A stretch of 63,950 nucleotides of DNA, filler included, from Octopus bimaculoides (taxonomy: Eukaryota), in the NCBI RefSeq assembly GCF_001194135.2. It is 5 parts of 5 records of this genome, joined end to end, with 100 filler letters (N's around TTAATTAATTAA, not from the genome) between each part and the next. Parts side by side here need not be neighbours in the genome. Positions count along the whole stretch, not along the records: positions 29,342 to 46,888 come from NC_068997.1; positions 46,989 to 52,814 come from NC_069000.1; 3 more parts are not named here. The stretch is one strand, 5' to 3'. The number at the start of each line of letters is the position of its first letter. Positions within the stretch are counted from its first letter, which is position 1. A program made the translations under genes and the position numbers. Shown in pieces: positions 36,690 through 49,299 of the stretch. Below the pieces are notes generated by a model. That model saw only the letters and a list, made by a program, of their open reading frames with translations, was not told the origin of the DNA and made no database searches.

Positions 36690-37560
36690 GAATGACAAAG
36701 GATTGCATTGTAATTCCTTTCCTTTTAAGGCTTTACTTATCTTAGATAATGCACCTGACCACTCGCAAGACGTCGTTTGAGCTTGAGGCCAACGTTACCT
36801 CCCCCCGAACACCACGTCTCTTTTGCAGCCAGTGGATCAAGGAATAATTGCAATCTTCATGCGTTACTATATGAAGCGTACGAGGCAACAAGCAACAGCT
36901 GCAACTGATCTTGATGAGTCCATCACACTTCGTGACTTTTGAAAGAGATACGATATCTACATGGCTGTACAGAACATAGCGGCATGGAATGATATACAGA
37001 TCACGGCTTTGAAAGGTGTATGAAAGGAGCTATGCCCATTCGTGAATGATTTTAAGGAGTTTGATAATGTTGCCATCAACAAAACTTTTGTGACTACGAG
37101 TAAAGAATTGGAAATGGATTTTGAGGAGGAGGATTTCACAGATTTATTTGGAAAAGACAAGCAACCCCTGACGATCGAGGATTTGATAGAGCTTCACGAG
37201 CAACAAAATAAAGAAGTGAAAGTCGAACTGAGCCACATCACATTACCATTAAGAAAATGCAGCAAGCTTTGCATATATGGAAAAGGTCTTTCTATGTTCG
37301 AGGATAGGGATCCAAATGCTCAACACTTTTCCAAAATTATGGAGGCTTGTCACGAAGCTTTTGCTCCTTATAATGTAATCCTTGAGGAAAAGAAGACAGC
37401 TCAAAGAACTCTGATCCGGTTTTCTGAGCGCATCGAACAACAAGAGCAGCCAGAGCCAGCTGTTGATGTTGACGATCCACAACCATCTAAATCCGTGATG
37501 CAAACCACCAAATTGTATGCACATGTTGGTAATTTTAAAATAATTTATTTCTTTACTATT
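36690..37560 (+). mobile_element. Tigger/pogo DDE transposase pseudogene fragment
   Basis: FKALLILDNAPDH, PPNTTSLLQPVDQGIIA and MDFEEEDFTDL..QPLTIEDLIEL, with stops and frameshifts. Confidence 0.9.
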
Positions 37561-38005
37561 GCAAAATAATAATAATTACTGAATTTGTTTGTTAAGCTTA
37601 AAAAAAAAGAAGCTTTTATTTTACCATGTCTTATTGCAAACCGCATTCGAAATTAATGCAAACCGATGTACAGTAAGCACCACCAAATTCNNNNNNNNNN
37701 NNNNNNNNNNNNNNNNNNNNNNNNNNNNNNNNNNNNNNNNNNNNNNNNNNNNNNNNNNNNNNNNNNNNNNNNNNNNNNNNNNNNNNNNNNNNNNNNNNNN
37801 NNNNNNNNNNNNNNNNNNNNNNNNNNNNNNNNNNNNNNNNNNNNNNNNNNNNNNNNNNNNNNNNNNNNNNNNNNNNNNNNNNNNNNNNNNNNNNNNNNNN
37901 NNNNNNNNNNNNNNNNNNNNNNNNNNNNNNNNNNNNNNNNNNNNNNNNNNNNNNNNNNNNNNNNNNNNNNNNNNNNNNNNNNNNNNNNNNNNNNNNNNNN
38001 NNNNN

Positions 38006-38615
38006 AAATTTATATAAATAAGGATAAGATCGATATTTAAAATATTGATTTTATCAAGTGGCCAGCATGGGAATAAAAACCATCAACGGTAACAATTATT
38101 TAAAATTATAATAGAGGGTATCTAAGAGATACCGCCACGCTGAAAAATAGCAGTCAAATCTTGACTCTAAACCACAATAAATGTTCATATAGCACAAGGA
38201 GCGAAGACGAAGACAAAATAAACTAGTAAAAATAACTGGATAACTCCAGATCCCGGATTTCTGGCTTTGCATAATAAATGCTTTGCCTTCATCGGTGGAA
38301 TGTACTCAGAAAAGCACATAAATACAAATATATATATATAAACATACAGTATACTTACATATACGAATGTATACATACATATATATGCACATATGTACAC
38401 GACCAGTTTAAATTGCCCGCCTAAAATCTCCTCGTGCGATATGGTCAGAAATATCACCGCAGTAAATACACTGACAACATATATTTATATAAATAAGGAT
38501 AAGATCGACATTTAAAATATTGATTTTATCAAGTGGCCAGCATGGGAATAAAAACCATCAACGGTGGTATCTCTTAGATACACTATATTATAATTTTAAA
38601 TAATTGTTACCGTTG
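38006..38615. repeat. Local duplication whose 43-bp distal segment is inverted between the copies
   Basis: 38011-38090 matches 38486-38565; 38091-38133 is the reverse complement of 38566-38608. Confidence 0.9.
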
Positions 38616-38669
38616 CTGGTCATTCCTCTTATTTTTGTATGTTATATGCATACATATGTATATATCTTA

Positions 38670-39470
38670 CTAAACTAACCGTGACCCGTTGGGTCACCAA
38701 TAGTTCGAAGTATCTCGGGAACCCGTGGTCCGATTTGTGTGAAACTTCTGTTATTCGGTGTGTATTCACATTTCAATGTTACCTTACATTCCGAGCATTT
38801 TCCCCATTATACGACAGTTTGGTTATTTATAAAAGTGCCCGAAAAAGCCCCGTATTTCGGTAACCCGTGGTACGATTTACGCAAAACTTGTTTTATTCAG
38901 CTTATATTCACATGAACATCCGATTCCTGATGTCTCCTGCTTTTGTCTGTTTCGTCAGACGCTCAGCCTTTGCGTTATCAGTCTCATCGATCCTTCTGTT
39001 CGCATGCTTGCCCCTATCTTGGGTAAATATTTCGTACTTCGGTGTGAAATAATATTTTCACGGGATTTTTTTGCGCGTATTTAATGTATCTCACCTCCAA
39101 ACCCACCGCAAGTCACTTTCTTCCATAAGAGAAAGGGGGGGGGGAGGATTGTGGGGACCTTGGTGTTTCCCGGGAAACTCTGAGTTCCCCAGCTACGGAG
39201 TTTTCTTTCGTGATTCTTTTCTCTTCCAGGTTATTTCGCCTGCTTTCACCGAATGTGACATCGAAATCATGCGTAAACAGCTCCTTTCCCCAGAAAAGGA
39301 AAGATTTGGCTGTTATTTATTGTACGCCCTCCTACCTCATAACAGTTATTTCAGGTCCTTTATCGCAAATAGCTGTTACGTGGGGGCAACGCATGCTACA
39401 AATAGCAGCCTAATCTTTGGAAGTGAGATACGTTGAATGAACTCGAATAAAGACCCATGGAAAAATTATT
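38670..39470 (-). mobile_element. Non-autonomous Helitron/Helentron-like element
   Basis: Subterminal hairpin GTGACCC-3nt-GGGTCAC (38681-38697) followed on the minus strand by GGTTAG|T; internal repeats acccgtgg.cgattt..g.aaaactt (38721, 38863). The far boundary is approximate. Confidence 0.45.
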
Positions 39471-40020
39471 TCACACCGAGGTTACAGTATCTTTAATGTC
39501 ATTTTCACTTTAAAATATTTTTTGAATATGCCAAAAAATAGATTTTGTAAAGGTATTCAGTTGAAAATAATTTTTAAAAAGATTAAAATATTGTCTGCAG
39601 AAAGAATGGTAAAATATAAATACTTACTGTACAAACAGCTTACATTTTTGTAATCACATTCACTTTAGAATATTTGTAAATGATTAAAATATTGTGTTTA
39701 ACAAAAGCGAAAATAGAAACATTTATTGTAAAAAAAAACAACTCGTAGTTTTTCATTGGTAAATCGCTAATACTTTTGTCCATCATAATCGAAAGGTTAG
39801 AGTTTCTTCCCTTTCAGGGTTAAGTTATTTTCTGAGTATATTCCCATTATGTACCCTTTTGGGTATTTACACATCCAAAACACCATGTATTTCAGGATTT
39901 GCACGAAACTTATTTTATTCTGTTAGAAGGACCTTAATTCGTAGTATTTTCCCATTATATGCTAGTTTGGCTGCGTAACACTGCAAGAAAGCAAGATTCA
40001 AATTCCTTTTTAATATTATA

Positions 40021-40074
<54 letters not shown>

Positions 40075-40087
40075 TNNNNNNNNNNAT

Positions 40088-40135
<48 letters not shown>

Positions 40136-40159
40136 ATACACACATATATAGGGTATGTG

Positions 40160-40205
40160 TGATTTTTTTAGTTTCCACTCAGCTTGCTGATTCTTCAGTA
40201 GATCA
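40160..40205 (-). ncRNA. Degenerate hammerhead-like motif
   Basis: TGATCTA-CTGAAGA-ATCAGC aa GCTGAGT-G-GAAACT-AAAAAA-ATCA; indels in stem II and an eroded cleavage site. Confidence 0.3.
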
Positions 40206-40494
40206 ACTACTATTTTTCACTACAATGGTGTTATTAGGATTAAACCTTAAAGTATATTGATTAAATATATGAGTGTGTTTGTGACTGTGTGAGTGCTGAG
40301 TTAATGTTTTATTTTGAAGACTGATTCAGTTCTTCAAACTGTGATCTGGTTTCAACTAAGCTAGTGTGGTAACTTACGTTAATTAAAGGATATTCCCTTT
40401 AATTAAACAATGGATATTCAACCACTCAAGTTAATTTGTTTCATAATTTCCTGAGATGTGCTGGATTATACCTCCAGAATATTAACGCAGTTTT

Positions 40495-40700
40495 TAAGGC
40501 GGTGAGCTGGTAGAATCGTTACCACGCCGGGCAAAATACTTAGCGGCATTTCGTCCGTCTTCACATTCTGAGTTGAAATTCCGCCTTTCATCCTTTAGGG
40601 GTCGATAAAATAAGTACCAGTTGAGCATTGAGGTCGATTTATTCGTCTTAGTTCCACCCCCGAAATTGCTGGCCTTGTGCCAAAATATGAAACCAATATT
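40495..40700 (+). mobile_element. tRNA-derived SINE
   Basis: aggcggtgagctggtagaatcgtta head, gagttgaaattcc B-box remnant, tttcatcctttaggggtcgataaa body. Confidence 0.8.
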
Positions 40701-42589
40701 GATGCAATTTAAAGAACTCATAAACTTATTGAAGATAAAAGTCATCGTTATTCAGCCGTCTCTGCTAACCCTCAGAGGAACTTTTGAACACGCTTATATG
40801 CAGAATCTAACTGATATCTATTCTAATTTCTTAAATGATATAGCTATAAACCTCTCCGTAATTTGAGCGCACATCTTGTTAAAAACTGAAATACCATCGC
40901 AACATTATTTTCATGGAGTAGAATAAAATACGATATATACGACAATTCAAAATATTTCAGTGAAAGATATTTGAATATTATATAAAATTCCAATTTGATT
41001 TTATATCAAGAATCCACTAAATTAAACGTAATGAGAACTAGTTTAATATAATGTTTTAAAATTTTAATATAATGTTTTAATATGTTTTCTTCAGTCTGAT
41101 GTATGACGGTTATGACTGCGTGATATAACTCGGTAGGAAAACAAGGAAAAAATTTATCAGAAGCCTGACATCCACTATGCAAGTCCTAAGTATAGTTTAA
41201 GTATTAATTAAAAACAAAGAACTTTCGTTATGAGTAATATTCCCTTGAGGTGAGGAGGTGCCGGCGGTTAATAAAATTTAAGATCCGCCCAGAATTATAT
41301 CCTGGGAAAAATATCATAGAAGTATCATTCCATTTATGTATATGATAGAAAACATTTTCTCCTGTGCTCACGATACACCGCCAGGCGCTATTGAAGCTAA
41401 AACTTCAACAAGTTTATTTTATAAGCAATAAATCTTAAAAGTTATGAACAAAAAGTTTCTTTAGGGATTTATATTTGAATAAAAAAAAACAAAACAAAAC
41501 AAAAATATAAAAACAAAATAGTTATTATATAAATATAAACAAGTAAAACATGAAATTGTATGGACATTAAGAGGGTAAAAACAAAGGCTTGCACGATAAT
41601 CTTAAGGCAAAAATGTTTTTTATTTCTTTTTCAATTTCTTATTTTAAAATTCAATATTATTTTAAGTATAATGAATGATGATTTATGAGAAGACACAGAA
41701 AGAAACAAGTGCTGATAAGTAGTGGGGGTTCATTGCCGAGAAAAGGGGAAGAAAACAAGAGAAACAGCAATAAAATCAAATATTGTTTCAACTTGCTGCT
41801 AGCGGATTCTTTTAGTCACATTGCTTTCAAGAGAAAAAAATAATAATATTCTGGATTCATGTTTTGAGCAAAATTTCGCAAGTTATAACTGTTTTATTTT
41901 TAGTCTTAAAATATTCCAGACTATTATATGAAGGTCTCATAAATCTTGTTTATCTGAAACCAATGTTATTCGATAGTCATTTCATTTCACAATATAAGGT
42001 AGAAAGATCTACTCAGCACACCGGAGTCAGTTTATTTCTTCTTCCACTATTATCCTTGAAGAACTTTTTTAATATTTAAACTCAGAAAAATAAATAGAGC
42101 ACCAAATATATTAAACATAACCACATCACTAACAATTTGTCAGAATCACCACTTTATTATATCGTATCTGTATCAAATCATTTCACGTTTATCACAATTT
42201 CATGCATTCTTTTTTCTCAAACCATCCCAACAAGGGAGATCTAATAAGTGGCAAACCAGCAGAGAGTTCATGGTTGTGATTGCTCCATAGTCACAAGTGA
42301 GGTATCTTATATATACTTATTTCGCATTAGAGTTTCAAGTTAGGTTAGGTCCAACGCAGAGTCGAAAATTTATTTCAACTTGCTCCGTGTGACCTCCGAA
42401 TTTTTGATAATTTTTTTTTCCGCTGATAGTTCCAGCTTCATTAGCAGAATATTTACCAGTTAACCCCTCCACTATTGTATGTGAGCAAATTCTTCGTGAA
42501 CATTTACAGCCACTGTATATATTATCAAACTTTCACCTGATATTATTCATCATATTTGCAAATATACTTATAATGGATGTCTATCAACA

Positions 42590-42810
42590 TATATTGGTTT
42601 CAAATGTTGGCACAAGGCCAGCAGTTTTGGAGGAGGGTCCCAGCCAATTAAATCGACCCCAGTATTCAATTGCTATTTATTGTATCGACCCAGAAAGGAT
42701 GAAAGGCAAAGTCAAATTCGGTAGAATTTGAACGTGAGAGACAGGCAAAATCTCACTAAGCATTTTGTCCAGCGTAATAAAGATTCTGTCAGCTCTTTTG
42801 CTTATCATCA
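42590..42810 (-). mobile_element. tRNA-derived SINE (same family as 40495)
   Basis: Reverse-complement match to the 40.5-kb SINE body (atcgacccc, ggatgaaaggcaaagtc). Confidence 0.75.
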
Positions 42811-42916
42811 AATATTGGCTTTTGTTTTTGTAGAAGGAGTATTTAGTACGCTATTTATTTCGTTGATAATCATGCATGCATGCATACATACATACATACA
42901 TACATACATACATACA

Positions 42917-43360
42917 ACAGATGGGAATGTACAATCAAAATTTCAGGGAAAAGAGAACATTTATGACGAATTAATGCGGAACTTACAGCTCTTGTACCCT
43001 GACTATGAATTCTCATTTGTACCTATCATCATTGGTACATTATGTTATGTACCAACACATTTTCACAAAAACCTAGAAGCACGTGCTTTCACAAAAAAAG
43101 AGCAAAAGAAACTGACGCGGATTCCCCAAATCCAATCTATTAGTGGCACAGTGAAGATGTGTAAGCCATTCCAAAAATTCTCCATCTGAGATTTTTATGT
43201 GAACAAATGCACATACTTGGGTGTATGCTTCGGCAGCTTAACCAACACACCAACTCAACCACATATTCACAAACAACGGGAACTCTCTTAACTCAAAAGT
43301 CTTATTTTGTTAGCAACCAGTTCTCTCCCAAGAACTTAAATTAAACTCAAAGAAAAACCT
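42917..43360 (+). mobile_element. RLE-endonuclease (R2-group, R4/Dong-like) non-LTR retrotransposon 3' end
   Basis: KFQGKENIYDELMRNLQLLYPDYEFSFVPIIIGTLCYVP..QIQSISGTVKMCKPFQKF* resembles the restriction-like endonuclease C-terminus; 3' UTR follows. Confidence 0.7.
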
Positions 43361-45723
43361 TGCATACATATACATATGCATACATACTCATATACATGTA
43401 TAAATACATTTTTATATGCATACATGCATACATATTATGTATGCATAGGTGCATACATGCATGCATATACGCATAAATGCGTAGATATTATATGCATACC
43501 TGTATACATGTGTCTAGAAGCTGCAGAGTAAGACTATATTATCATGTTTTAATTTAACGATCTCTCTCTTTCTCTCTTTCTTAAAAATAGTACATGCTGT
43601 TGTCGTTTTCGTTTGATCTCATTTCATCTCTGACCGAGCAAGCTTATGATAAGCGTTCTAACTATATCATCATGGCTTCTTTTTATTTTCTGAATCTGTC
43701 CTTTCTTTTTCATACGTTAGGGTTTAATTCGAAAGATAATTGACTAACATTTCTTGCAGGTTAAGTGACTACATATGCTTCCCTTATTGGTTTTAATAGT
43801 ACGTATTTAGCAGAAAATATGTTGCAATTGTGCAGGTAAGAAAGCTCTGTATTTTAAGAAGCATCAGCTCTATGTTACCAATTAGTTTGTCATCTTGCAT
43901 TACTATACTTAGTTCCACATCACGTTCTGAACCAGAGGCCAGCTTAAGAATGGAACTAAATTCTCGTACAAATTAAAGGCTTCTTAGACAATTAAAAACT
44001 TAAGAGGAAGACTTCTGACATTGGTGAAATACAGGTTGATATTCAATTTGAACGTCTGTAAGCTTGAATCTTCTAGAAAAAGTTCATATATGGAAAGGTA
44101 ATTCTCAATCGCTTCAGTTATAAGAAGGTAGCTCTAAGAAAATGGTGGATATGTCCGTTGGGCTTCATGGTTGTATTTTCAGAGAAAGAGATAGAAAAAT
44201 ACAGCACGTCAGTGGGAAAGCAGTTTCAGCATGTTGATGAATGAGTGTTGTAATGCAGTCAAAAATTTTTGTGTGGAACCATAACGCCATTGCATGTATG
44301 TGAAGACGCATGCAGTCACATTTGCATAGTAGATAGTCAGTAACTAAACATGACTGAATTGCTTCCCGAAGAAGAAACTTCAACTTACTGGTTTTAATGC
44401 ATAGGATTTGGAGTAAATTTTAGCTTTTTTTCTTTGTGTGATATTGAAACGTAAGGAGCTAGAATAATCCTTTGATACATGTGGTGATTATGTCATTGTG
44501 CCGTTAAACGAAACTAGATTGTCACACCCTTCTTCATGGTGATTCTTGACATTATTCATAGAAGTTAACTGCATGTCAATTAAGTGTAGGTCAATGGAAA
44601 GTTGGATGGTAGCTGTGTTTCGCAAGTTTTAGGCGATATGAATAGTAACGTTCCCTGCATAAGAGTATTAGAAATAACATCAAGCAAAGTAACAGAGAGT
44701 GTGGAAAATAACAGAAAGGTAGGGTACACCAGAGTTGCTAGCTTTCTGGTTGGAGAAGCCTCTTTGATACATTGTGCTCAGGACCAATCTAACACGAAAT
44801 TTCTGATTAGAGAAATGAGTGACGGATGAAGCTGGTAAGAGATGCAAATGTAGGTACACATCGAATACTTTACTATTATCAAGAACAATTTCTTTTTTAC
44901 CGAAGCCTTCAAGAGTGAAAGATCGCTGGTTATATGAAAACAAGATTCAAGTGGATCTGCATAGAAAGCAAACCTGTGATAAGTGATGAGGCAGTGAGTC
45001 AGAAGGTAATGAAAGAAGCGATGTTACACTAACATGTATCATATTTGCGTGGTTGAAATTGAGCCACAGACTAGTGGTTGGGAAGAATGTTTTCCTCTTT
45101 ACATATTAGAAATAATAAAAATAATGGAAGCTAGCTCTTCAGTGCAGAACAGACAACGAGCTAAAAATATGTATAAATCCGCCTCATTTACACTTAATAT
45201 AGGTATATATGAAAACAACTTGAGTACAAAAGGAGGGTTTACGAGGGGTTTGTCTATATCTGCAGTGAATCTAGATTCAAATTCTGCTGTATATACCCTG
45301 GCCTTCGTTGTACTATTGGCATTTGGAAAATTACTGCGAGAAGGGTGGCCAGTATAAGAAGGATGGCAAGACGACAAAATATGAGACGAGATTAGTTATA
45401 GTTTCAGAGACAAGGGATCTAATGACGTGTTGCAGTTACTATGTTGGCGTTAAACACCGGTTTGTTGTGACGGTAGTTGAATCAATCAGGATTTGGAGGC
45501 AGTAATCATCACTTCTAATATCACAAAGTGAATTCGTAGTTGTATGTGATTGTGTGGCGAATACGATGGGCATGCGCAAAGAATAGCATCGCTATTGCTT
45601 AGTTCATTTTGGATAGGTCAGAAGTGAATCATTGCTGCTGCTAAATCAAATTCTGTATTAGGGTAATAAACTTTCACCACATTATAAACATATGAGACTT
45701 CAATATACATACATACATATATA

Positions 45724-45759
<36 letters not shown>

Positions 45760-45769
45760 NNNNNNNNNN

Positions 45770-45811
<42 letters not shown>

Positions 45812-45996
45812 TACATGCATGCAAACATACATACATAGGTAGTTACATAAATATAACACACGCGTATATTTGCGTATGTCTGTGAATGCGTATATATGTA
45901 AGGACTTTACCATGAGAGAATATAAATTTATGTATTTTAGGCATTAAAGTGGTCAAAACACGCTTGGTAGTTTATAGGATAATCTTTAGAATCCAT

Positions 45997-46074
45997 TGAT
46001 TTAGGGGACAAATGATCTTGACTAGAATATATATATATATATATGCTAGTCAAGATCATTTGTCCCCTAAATCA
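45997..46074. repeat. Perfect 29-bp inverted repeat around an (AT)n spacer
   Basis: 45997-46025 is the exact reverse complement of 46046-46074. Confidence 0.95.
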
Positions 46075-46830
46075 TATATATATATACATACACACATACA
46101 TACATATATGTGTGTGTGTGAGTGTGAGTGTGAATGTATGTGTGAGTGTGAATGTATGTGTGAGTGTGTGTATGTGAGTGTGCGTGTATGAGTGTGTGTT
46201 CGAGCGCGTGTGCGAGTGTGTGCTTGCGTGAGTCTGCGTACCTAAATGCATACACATATATAAGCCATCCATACATCCATAAATACATATACACAATCAA
46301 GCTACCTCAATCGCTGATTTACATAGTTGAACTGTATTGTGAGGCACACTCCCTTCACTCAAACATAACTTTTATTTTTCACATTTTTTTGAAATTTTAA
46401 ATCAATAGATAATATATTTTTCGTCATAGCGTATCAGTAAACTTTCAGCTAGAATCTTATTTATGTTGTTTTTGTTACTGTTTTTCATTTAATTGTTTTT
46501 AGCTATATCGCCGTGGTAACAAAAAGGGGCACTCATATTTTCATTTAAGTGATTCATCTGTCCTCCATTCTATACATACATACATACATACATACATGTA
46601 TGCATATGTGTGTGTGTGTGTATGAGTGTGTGTGTGTGCCGTGTATGCATTTGTATATATACATACACACACACAAACACACACAAACACATATATATAT
46701 ATACATATACACAATATATATGTAGTATATATATATGTATGTGTGTATATATGTGTGTGTTTTTGTTTAATGTATGTATGTGTGGTTTGTTTGCATGTAT
46801 GTATGTGTGTTGTGTGTATGCGTGTGTGTG

Positions 46831-46888
<58 letters not shown>

Positions 46889-46992
46889 NNNNNNNNNNNN
46901 NNNNNNNNNNNNNNNNNNNNNNNNNNNNNNNNTTAATTAATTAANNNNNNNNNNNNNNNNNNNNNNNNNNNNNNNNNNNNNNNNNNNNAGCG

Positions 46993-47025
46993 GGCTGCGT
47001 GTTCGAATCACGTCGGGGGTCACCA
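46993..47025 (-). promoter_or_regulatory. Primer-binding site complementary to the tRNA-Trp 3' end (extended, 33 nt)
   Basis: Plus strand GGCTGCGTGTTCGAATCACGTCGGGGGTCACCA equals the eukaryotic tRNA-Trp 3' half plus CCA, with one extra G (tRNA sequence from memory); 1 nt from the LTR end. Confidence 0.8.
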
Positions 47026-47026
47026 G

Positions 47027-47434
47027 TATAGGAAAGTTGGTTATACATCATTAGATGTATACCTGACTTTCCTATATAAAATTAGGAATATATAACGGAA
47101 CGCTGAACTCCAGACTATTAACTTAAACAACATTTATTCAGGTGGTAAATATATACATCTTTAGCTCTTGTTGTTACAGCTTCTGTGTGTGTGAGTATAG
47201 TTGTTGGGACGTTGTTATGTAGATGTGAGCGAGCTGTCGAGTGTAAGTCCGAAAGATGGAGAGTGACAGCTATACACGTAAAGAGACTGTCTCCAGGTTG
47301 GAATGTTGGAGACACTGCTTGACATGTCCATGCTTATGGTCGGCCGACTGAGAAAGAGATATAATTAATCGGGAAAGCTTGCTTGTTTAATTCCACGCAT
47401 GCGTGAAACTACGCATGTGCACGGCGTTACTACA
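47027..47434 (-). mobile_element. LTR (408 bp) of a Gypsy element
   Basis: Minus strand begins TGTAG after a GGGAG polypurine-tract end (47435-47439), ends CTATA (CTACA variant), and is followed by the PBS. Confidence 0.7.
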
Positions 47435-48119
47435 CTCCCATTCGGGCCCCGCGCTCAAGGAGGCCATATCCTATACTGCGACAATTCATGAAGGTGGTCT
47501 CCTTGAAGTTTATAAAAAAAATAAATAAAAATGCTCTTTAAAAAAAAAAAGAACACACTTTCTACACTTTAGTGACACAAGATGCCAAAAGATTCATCCA
47601 AAATTGCTTGTATTTTTAGTGTAAGGGTCAATTGTATGTATGCATGTGTATATGTGAGTGTTTGGGAGTTTTTATGGGCATGTTTGGGTAAAATATTTGT
47701 GTGTGTGTGTGTGAGAGTATGTCGTGGGATGGTGTAGCAAAAAATATTGGGGTAGCAGATGAAACAGGCATGTGGATGACATCAAAGTAAAACAACGGGA
47801 AGGCATCGGATTGTGGTTTAAATAGTTTGTTTAATGAACACTTGCGTTTACTTGTTGTATACACCAAGAAATTCACTACATGACATTACCAACTTGATTC
47901 GAGTTGGCGAAGAAGAAAATAAATGGGAAATACTGTGTCGATATGATGACGTAGAACCGGGCATGTTTTGTGTCTGTGTGTGTGTTGGTCATTCGGTTGT
48001 GTCTGTTTATATTCTGTGACTGCTACTGTGTCATTCATGCTGAATATGTTGTTCTATGTTGGCTGCTTGACTGGCACAAGTTACTTTCTGGCTATCTGCT
48101 TGTCCCTTGCGGGTTCGCC

Positions 48120-49120
48120 TGGTGATGGCTACCTTTGCTTTTTGGCACATGATGCAGGTCCTAGCTCAATCACGGGTGTCTTTGTAGATGTTGGGCCACA
48201 TGAAACAGGTTGATATCAGCTTTTGTGTGGCATGGACACCAGGATGTGCTAGGGAATGCAAGGCAGAGAAAACGGCACATCTGTGTTTCTGCAGTACATA
48301 TGAACATTCATGACCGGTGGAGGTGTTGCACCAAATATAGCCTGTAGTAAAGGGTATCGGTGATTGCCGAAATTTCAGAGATGATGAATTCCAGAGCTGT
48401 AATAGTTCTTCATCATTATGTTGATCAGCTGCAATCTGCTGGAGATCAATGGTAGCAGTGGTGTGGATAGTGTTAAGTGCCATGCGTGACAGGGCATCAG
48501 CTGCAAAGTAGTTTTCACCGTTGATGTGGTGAATGTCTGTTGTGTACTGTGATATGAAGTCTAGATGTCGGACTTCCCTGGGTAAGTGGCAATTGGGCTT
48601 CGCATTGAAGGCATAAACCAGTGGTTTATGGTCAGTATAAATGGAGAAAACGCGACATTCCAGCATGTGTCGAAAATGTTTGACAGTGAGATACACTGCC
48701 AGTAATTCTCAACTGAAGGTACTTTATTTAGTCTCGGTGGGTTTTAAGCACTTGGAGAAGAAGGATACAGGTTGCCAAATACCGTCAGTGAGTTATTGGA
48801 ATCAGATGCATCAACTAGTACACACAGTGGGACGTCTGGTTTGGGATACACCAGCATGGTGGCATTGGATAATGCTTTTTTCAAGGCAGCGAAAGAGGCA
48901 AGTTGTTCTTCTCTCAGGGCAATGTTTGTATTTTTGCATGTTCGCTGTTGCAGCAAATCTGTGAGTGGTTGGCCTGTCTCTGCACAGTGGGGTAAAAATC
49001 TCCAGTAGAAATTTACCAAGCCAAGAAACTCCTGCAATTTGCAGAGAGATGTGGGTGGTGGAAAATCCACACTGGCTTTGACTTTCTCGGGAAGTGGGCA
49101 AAATAATGATTTTTCCACAT
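48120..49120 (-). mobile_element. Ty3/Gypsy (CsRn1-clade-like) pol pseudogene: RT end, RNase H, integrase HHCC; truncated
   Basis: LQEFLGLVNFYWRFLPH, VLVDASD, YTDHKPL..RHLDFISQY..AADALSR, HSLAHPGVHATQKLI and *ARTCIMCQKAKV; the DDE core is missing. Confidence 0.92.
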
Positions 49121-49299
49121 TTTTTTCCTTGTGCTATCAACTCATCTCATCTCCTAATATGCCGCAGATGATTTTTTTTCCACAGAAAAATTGGACCCTG
49201 CATCTCCTAAGGCCAGCTCTGATTCCAACTGACATGTTCTGGGGAGGAAGAACTGAGCATAGTGTTTAATGTGGGGATTGGACACAAGGCCGATGAGAT

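Noticed and set aside
46989-47025. Possible tRNA-Trp gene
   Set aside because: Only the 3' half is visible, CCA is encoded, there is an extra G, the upstream bases diverge, and it abuts an LTR; it is better explained as a PBS.
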